From Myxococcales bacterium (GTDB lineage Bacteria > Desulfobacterota > Binatia > HRBIN30): a stretch of 64,000 nucleotides of DNA. This document shows positions 58,659-64,000 of the stretch, piece after piece. Below the pieces are notes generated by a model that saw only the letters and a program-made list of their open reading frames with translations, made no database searches and was not told the DNA's origin. Each line of letters starts with the position of its first letter. The first letter of the stretch is position 1. Position numbers and translations under genes: made by a program. The stretch lies in NCBI GenBank assembly GCA_037445065.1, contig JBBILD010000017.1, positions 1 through 64,000 of the forward strand, written 5' to 3'.

Positions 58659-60128
58659 TCACCGGATCCCGGCCAGGTAGCGGAGAGTCGTGCGTACCCC
58701 GAAGCCAGTGGCGCCGCGGGGGTGGCAGGGGAAGGGTTTGTCTGTGCTTGCAGTGCTGGAGAAGTCAATGTGCGCCCAGGGAATGCGCTCGACAAACTCG
58801 CGCAGAAACAGAGCTGCGAGGATCGTTCCCGCTCCACCCTCGCCCACGTTTTTGAGATCGGCCACGTTGCTTTGCAGCTCGCTACGGTAGTCCTCCACCA
58901 GCGGTAGCTCCCACAACCGCTCGTTGCTTGCCTCGCCGGCCGCGATCAGGTGTTGGACCAGGTCGCGGTCCGTGCCGAGAATGGCGGCGTAACGCGTTCC
59001 GAGCGCCGCGCGCACCGTGCCCGTCAGGGTGGCAAAGTCAATGATCACGTCAGGGCGAGCCGCCGCCGCGTAGGAAAGCGCATCGGCGAGCACTAGGCGT
59101 CCCTCCGCATCGGTATTGAGCACTTCCACCGTTTTGCCGTTCCGAGCGCGCAGCACGTCGCCGGGGCGAATGGCGCTTCCGCTCGGCATGTTTTCGGCTG
59201 CTGCCACGTAACCGCGGACCTCCACTGGCAGATTGAGTGCGCGAGCCGCAGAGAGCACTGCCAGCACCACTGCTGCCCCGGCCATGTCGCGCTTCATGCT
59301 CATCATGGCGTCGGCTCCCTTGAGCGACAGCCCGCCACTATCGAACGTGATTCCCTTCCCCGCGAGGGCGATCTTTGTAGTATTGCGCACCCCCTTGGGC
59401 CGGTAGATCAACTCGATAAAACAGGGTGGCTGTGCGCTGCCCTGCCCGACGCCGAGGATGCAATCCATGCGCGCTCGGCGCAGCGCCTCCACACCGAAGA
59501 TGCGCGCGCTGAGGTCGTGCGCGCGTGCCAGCCGTTTGGCTTCCTGCGCCAGGTACTGGGGTGTGACCACCGCACTCGGGCGGTTGACCAAGTCGCGCGC
59601 GTAGCATGCGGCGCCAGCGAGTAGCTCGCCACGCCGCGCTGCGCACTTGAGTTCTCCGTCCCCCTCGCACAGCAGCGTCAGGTGAACGAGCGGTGAAGCC
59701 GAACCCACAGGCTTGCCCTTGTATTCCGTGAACTCGTAGGTGGCGAGCAGCACACCCTCTACCAAACGTTCCACCGAGTCCGCAGCCGTTAGCCCGGGAG
59801 GCAGAGCAAGGGCGGCGTGCGACGCGCTCGCCTCGCGCGAGCGGATCGCCACCGCGTCGGCGACTTGATACCAGACCGCAGGCGTGTCGGCGCGGCCGAG
59901 ACCGAGCAAAACAACCAGGCGGCTCGGGAGGCGTCCGTGGGTTTGGAACACAGCGATTTCACCTGCTTCGCCTTTGTACCGCTGGGCCGCAGCTTCTGGG
60001 ATCAAGGCTCCGTGCAGCTTGCGGTCGAGCTCTGCCACCAGCGCGGTCTTCCAGTCCGTCGTGGTGGCGAAGAACAACACGTCCGCAGCCACGTGTTCTG
60101 GGGAGATGGCGCGAAATTCGATTTTCAT
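58659..60128 (-). CDS. pepA: Leucyl aminopeptidase (M17)
   Basis: GKGITFDSGGLSLK, MKRDMAGAA, NTDAEGRLVLAD and WAHID motifs. Confidence 0.94.
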   Translation of the reverse strand: MKIEFRAISPEHVAADVLFFATTTDWKTALVAELDRKLHGALIPEAAAQRYKGEAGEIAVFQTHGRLPSRLVVLLGLGRADTPAVWYQVADAVAIRSREASASHAALALPPGLTAADSVERLVEGVLLATYEFTEYKGKPVGSASPLVHLTLLCEGDGELKCAARRGELLAGAACYARDLVNRPSAVVTPQYLAQEAKRLARAHDLSARIFGVEALRRARMDCILGVGQGSAQPPCFIELIYRPKGVRNTTKIALAGKGITFDSGGLSLKGADAMMSMKRDMAGAAVVLAVLSAARALNLPVEVRGYVAAAENMPSGSAIRPGDVLRARNGKTVEVLNTDAEGRLVLADALSYAAAARPDVIIDFATLTGTVRAALGTRYAAILGTDRDLVQHLIAAGEASNERLWELPLVEDYRSELQSNVADLKNVGEGGAGTILAALFLREFVERIPWAHIDFSSTASTDKPFPCHPRGATGFGVRTTLRYLAGIR

Positions 60129-60149
60129 GGGTTGGGCTTTCGCTCCTTT

Positions 60150-60446
60150 CTAGCCACTGTGTTTGCGCAGGTATTCGAGCAGCACATCGCGCTCACTGGC
60201 GGTCAGAGGTGGAAGGCCGCGGCGCACCATTTCGCCTTGCATCGCCTCTACCTTCATCTTCCACATCTCGAATTTGAGGGACGAGGGGGCATAAAGGCGG
60301 TGGCAGGTGTTGCAGCGTTGGGCGTACAACTGAGCTCCAGGGGATTCCGGCTCCGGAAGCGGGGCGTTACAGCCTGCCCCGAGCCACAAAAAACCCGCAA
60401 TTGCGGCGCGCCACAGCGATCCACCGTGAGCCCTGGCTGCCCTCAT
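60150..60446 (-). CDS. Small monoheme cytochrome c lipoprotein
   Basis: Lipobox-like LGAGC, CNTCH heme motif, downstream Met residues as candidate distal ligands. Confidence 0.8.
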   Translation of the reverse strand: MRAARAHGGSLWRAAIAGFLWLGAGCNAPLPEPESPGAQLYAQRCNTCHRLYAPSSLKFEMWKMKVEAMQGEMVRRGLPPLTASERDVLLEYLRKHSG

Positions 60447-60937
60447 CCCCGGTCACAGAAGAAGGCCATTTGCCCAGGGGTTTCTGCCACTCCGACCTCG
60501 ATGGTGAACGCATCTGGAATGCCGTCGGCGGCTAACTCCCGGCGGATTTCGCCAGCGAGGAAACGGGCCAACTCTTCGGCGGAGGTGTGGACGATTGGTA
60601 GCAGGACCACGTCCTGGGCGGGGAAACAAAACTCGTCTTGCTCGAAGCGAACCGACACTTGCTTGCCGTGCTGTTCGATGTGGAGGCAATCGCTTTGCGC
60701 CGGCAGCAGGGTTTTCTCGTCGAGCCGCTTGCACACGCGGCGGGCCACCTTCTTCACGATCCCGAAGTCCAGCACATATCCCTGTGGGCCGAGTTCGCCG
60801 GCAATCTCGACCGAGACGCGGTAATTGTGGCCGTGCAGGGCCTCGCGAAATCCGGGATACGCGATGAAATGAGCGGCATTGAACTTGAGATAGTCTTTGC
60901 TGACGAACACCCGAAATGCACCGCGAGGGGATGTCAC
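60443..60937 (-). CDS. 6-pyruvoyl-tetrahydropterin synthase family protein, PTPS-III type
   Basis: FNAAHF, EALHGHNY (E-x2-HGH, no Cys), LDFG, SAEELA and VAETPG motifs. Start could instead be 60955. Confidence 0.85.
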   Translation of the reverse strand: MTSPRGAFRVFVSKDYLKFNAAHFIAYPGFREALHGHNYRVSVEIAGELGPQGYVLDFGIVKKVARRVCKRLDEKTLLPAQSDCLHIEQHGKQVSVRFEQDEFCFPAQDVVLLPIVHTSAEELARFLAGEIRRELAADGIPDAFTIEVGVAETPGQMAFFCDRG

Positions 60938-61061
60938 GGTCCTAACTCCCTTCATCCGGCGCGCAGCGCGTGCCGGTCCACCCCACACCGTGGTCTGCCA
61001 TGGGCGCGATTCCTAACGTCGGGCTCATTTCAGTCAAGCAAAGGACCTGGTGCGCCGGGGT

Positions 61062-61376
61062 TCAGTGGAACGCCGCGGTTACGTCGAAATGCACCCGCTC
61101 CTCTTGCTCGCACTCGCGGCACGCCAGGCGTGTCACGCGATAGCGGCGGTTACCGGAGGGACGCGAAAACTCGCCCAGCAAGCGGGTCGGCGCGCCACAG
61201 TAGGCGCAGCGGTGGTGTTGCAAGAAACGATCGATTTCGTCGAAGCGCTGCACCACCACGGCGCGTTCGAGGGTGGCACCGGGTCGCTGGCGGCGAGCAC
61301 GGCGATCGCGCCACGCCCGCCAGCCGACGGAGGTCACAGCAGCGATGATGGCTAAGCTCAGCAAAATGCCGATCAT
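61062..61376 (-). CDS. Small membrane-anchored Zn-ribbon protein
   Basis: N-terminal TM segment (MIGILLSLAIIAAV), CAYC...CREC; ATGA overlap with the antiporter stop. Confidence 0.7.
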   Translation of the reverse strand: MIGILLSLAIIAAVTSVGWRAWRDRRARRQRPGATLERAVVVQRFDEIDRFLQHHRCAYCGAPTRLLGEFSRPSGNRRYRVTRLACRECEQEERVHFDVTAAFH

Positions 61377-63358
61377 GGCTGTTCGTCGGATGCCCTCCCT
61401 TCGAGCACTTTGAGGGCCCGGTCGAGCTGCTCGTGCGCTCCGACGAGGATCAAAATGTCGCCTGCTTGCAGCGGCTCGTCTGGCTCCGGGTTGGTGATCG
61501 TCTTGCCGCCGCGCACGATGGCGATCACAGTGGCACCGGTCGTCTTGCGCAAGCGGAGATCGCGCAGCGAGCGGCAACACAAGTGCGAATCGGGGGTGAC
61601 CAAGAAGGACTCGGTGGTGGTTGCGGCGAGGATGGTGTCCAGTTGGGCGAGAGTTTGGCGGGGTAACTCCAGACCACGCAACATGCGGTACCCTTCGCGC
61701 CGGATGAGGTCCACTTGAGCATTGATGATGTTGCGCGGTACCCGTAAGCGGCGCAACACGCGGGCGAAGATCTCCACCGAGGTCTCGAATTCTTCCGGGA
61801 TGACCTCGGTGGCGCCGAGCTGGCGGAGGCCCTCGATTTCCGCGACGTAACGGGTGCGCACGATGAGCGGCACGTCTGGATTGAGCGCGCGCACCTGGGC
61901 CACAATGCGCCGGGTTGCGTGCGCATCGGAAATCGCGACCACGACCACTTGTGCGTGCCTCACGCCACTGGCCTCCAGTACCGCTGGCCGCGTGGCATCG
62001 CCGAATCGAACCGCCAAGTCGCGCTCGCGAGCGAGCTGCACGCGACGCGGATCGAGTTCCACGACCACGAACGGAATGCCGGTGGCTTGCAGGACACGGC
62101 CCAGGTTTTCGCCGTTGAGCCCGTAACCGATGATCACCACCTGCGGTGACCGCTCGAGCGAAGCCTCCGCCGCGGCTGAGGGAGGGCGTCCGAAGAACCG
62201 CTCTCCCCAATGCCACACTCGGGGCATGGCGGTCATGAGAAATGGCAAGGGTACCATGGTGAGCACCGCAAGTCCGCAGAACTGCTCGTACGCGGCAGGT
62301 GAGAGGAGCCCAATTTCGAGAGCGACCAGCATGAGCACAAAGCCCAACTCGCTCATCGAGGCAAGTGCCGCACCCACCTGCAGTGCCACCCGCGCGGCCC
62401 GATAGAAGGCGTAGACGGCGAGCGCAGCCAGCGTGCCTTTTACGATTAGGATCGCGAGCGCGGCCGCAACGTAACGCACCGGATCGGCAAGCACCCCTGC
62501 CACCGGCACCAACATGCCGACAGAGATAAAAAACACGCTGTTCAGGGTGTCCCGGAAGGGAAGCACGTCCGCGAACACCGCATGGCTGTATTCTGATTCG
62601 GAAACCACAAGCCCGGCAATGAAGGCGCCGAGAGCCAGGGAGAGGCCGAGCTGAGAGGCAATCCAAGCGGTGCCCAACGCCAACAGCAGGATCGTGCCCG
62701 AGAAGACCTCGCGGCTACGAATCTCGACCACCCAAGCGAGCAGCCGTGGAAGCACGAGCCAGGCCGCACCGATCACCAGGGTGAGGGCGAGTACCGCTTG
62801 TAAGAGGACGCCCACGCCGGCGGACCAGGAGAGGCTTCCCGCCGTGCCGAGCGAACGCAGGAACAGCACCATGGGGAGGAGCGAGAGATCCTGAACCAGA
62901 CAGACGCCGAGAGTGATCCGCGCGTGCAACGTGTCCACTTCCTTGCGGTCGCTGAACACTTTGAGGGCGATGGCGGTGCTCGAGTGGACCATAATGAGGC
63001 CAGCCAAAAGGCTGGTGGTCGGATTCAGCCCCAGCCCAAGCGCCGCTAGGCTGGCCGCCGCAATGGTGAGCACAAGCTGTCCCGTTGCGGCGAGAATCGC
63101 GGTGCGGCCGAGCTGCACGAGCGAGCGCAGGGAAAGCTCCAGGCCCACCACGAACAGCAGCAGGATCAAGCCGAGTTCGGCGATGGCTTGCACGGCCTCC
63201 GTGTGATCGATCCAGGCGAGCCCGTGCGGTCCGATCACTGCTCCGGCTACCAGGAAGCCGACCAGGGGAGGCACTTGCCAGCGCTGGAACAGCGCCACAA
63301 TGGGAAGCGCCGCCGCGAAAACGACCAGTAGGTCGCGCAAAATATACGTTTCGCTCAT
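61373..63358 (-). CDS. CPA2 (Kef-like) cation:proton antiporter with TrkA-N and TrkA-C domains
   Basis: GFLVAG..IGP, LLFVVGLE, QDL, GAFIAGL, FFISVGM, IIGYGLNG, GDAT and a C-terminal RCK-C domain. Confidence 0.93.
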   Translation of the reverse strand: MSETYILRDLLVVFAAALPIVALFQRWQVPPLVGFLVAGAVIGPHGLAWIDHTEAVQAIAELGLILLLFVVGLELSLRSLVQLGRTAILAATGQLVLTIAAASLAALGLGLNPTTSLLAGLIMVHSSTAIALKVFSDRKEVDTLHARITLGVCLVQDLSLLPMVLFLRSLGTAGSLSWSAGVGVLLQAVLALTLVIGAAWLVLPRLLAWVVEIRSREVFSGTILLLALGTAWIASQLGLSLALGAFIAGLVVSESEYSHAVFADVLPFRDTLNSVFFISVGMLVPVAGVLADPVRYVAAALAILIVKGTLAALAVYAFYRAARVALQVGAALASMSELGFVLMLVALEIGLLSPAAYEQFCGLAVLTMVPLPFLMTAMPRVWHWGERFFGRPPSAAAEASLERSPQVVIIGYGLNGENLGRVLQATGIPFVVVELDPRRVQLARERDLAVRFGDATRPAVLEASGVRHAQVVVVAISDAHATRRIVAQVRALNPDVPLIVRTRYVAEIEGLRQLGATEVIPEEFETSVEIFARVLRRLRVPRNIINAQVDLIRREGYRMLRGLELPRQTLAQLDTILAATTTESFLVTPDSHLCCRSLRDLRLRKTTGATVIAIVRGGKTITNPEPDEPLQAGDILILVGAHEQLDRALKVLEGRASDEQP

Positions 63359-63423
63359 CGGGAAAAGGCTGGCTCGGGTTTTTTGTCGAAAAGCGGAACC
63401 CGCGCAACCGGCCGGTGGCCCGA

Positions 63424-64000
63424 TCACGCCGCGCAGCCGACCGCTTCGCGCAGATGGCGAAAGCCGTCTCGCTCAAGTAAAGCCACCAATTCTTCACAGA
63501 TGCGCGCGGCCAGCGCCGGACCCTCGAACACGAGGCCGGTGTAGACCTGCAGCAAAGACGCGCCGGCGCGGATTTTTTCGTAGGCGTCTCGAGCGTTGAG
63601 GATTCCACCAACCCCGATGATCGGGAGCGTCCCCCGGGTGAACTGGTAGAGCTTGCGCACGACTTCCGTGGCCCGGGTTCGCAGGGGTGCACCGCTCAAA
63701 CCGCCTTCCAGCGGCGGCGGTTGGGCTAGGGCACGCAAGTCGGTGGTGGTGTTGGTTGCCACCAAGCCGGCGAGCTGCATTTCCTGCCCGAGGGCCGCCA
63801 CTTCTTCGAGCGCGGCGTCGTCGAGGTCAGGGGCAACCTTGACCAACAGGGGCCGCGGCTCGCTACCGCTGCGCTCGGCCCAGGCGCGGTTTTCTGCTTG
63901 CAGCCGGCGCAGCAGAGGTTCGAGTTGTGCTCGCGCTTGCAAGGCGCGCAGCCCAGGCGTGTTCGGCGAGCTCACGTTGACGCAAACGTAATCGGCCCAC
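63424..64000 (-). CDS. pyrD: Quinone-dependent dihydroorotate dehydrogenase (5' part outside the window)
   Basis: NVSSPNTPGLR, LVKVAPDL, TNTT, GGLSGAPL, IGVGGI and GASLLQVYTG motifs. Confidence 0.95.
   Translation of the reverse strand, partial: WADYVCVNVSSPNTPGLRALQARAQLEPLLRRLQAENRAWAERSGSEPRPLLVKVAPDLDDAALEEVAALGQEMQLAGLVATNTTTDLRALAQPPPLEGGLSGAPLRTRATEVVRKLYQFTRGTLPIIGVGGILNARDAYEKIRAGASLLQVYTGLVFEGPALAARICEELVALLERDGFRHLREAVGCAA

Noticed and set aside
61377..62666. Long alternative-frame ORFs, for example the N-terminal parts of 61062..62666, 3223..4698 and 19523..20911, and antisense ORFs throughout
   Set aside because: These are shadow ORFs expected from high-GC codon bias over well-supported genes.
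1..64000. CRISPR array, rRNA, transposase or phage genes
   Set aside because: No regularly spaced repeats or matching motifs were seen on reading.

Overview
GC-rich bacterial chromosome segment, mostly housekeeping genes, with a gene order like that of deltaproteobacteria. The Cys-rich secreted proteins suggest Binatota-like bacteria (inference). In order it holds: two tandem paralogous Cys-rich secreted proteins; prmA-rsmE-gshB; glpQ-like, rpsU, cvpA, dnaG, tRNA(CAT), a Zn-ribbon protein and rnpB; a dcw cluster (mraZ to ftsZ) lacking rsmH, murE and ddl; a radical SAM gene with acpS; a phasin-like gene and a heterodimeric Get3/ArsA-like ATPase pair divergent from glpK and a GMC oxidoreductase; rpmE-prfA-prmC-murA-hisDBHAF; a nucleotidyltransferase pseudogene; an accessory block (radical SAM, UbiA, a 138-bp MITE, JmjC, membrane glycosyltransferase-like); USP, TerC, NYN, acyltransferase, aroC, SDR and a choice-of-anchor B/dockerin protein; a PTPS-III, cytochrome c, pepA, methyltransferase operon; a CPA2 antiporter; and partial pyrD. 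The most notable signals are the Get3-like pair linked to glpK and the phasin-like gene, an RNase P RNA lacking both the L15 GGU and the L13 loop next to a CCA-less tRNA, the radical SAM/UbiA/JmjC/glycosyltransferase block, the Cys-rich paralog array, and the clean loss of several genes from conserved operons. No CRISPR array, rRNA, integrase or transposase was seen. All calls come from motif recognition, without database searches.
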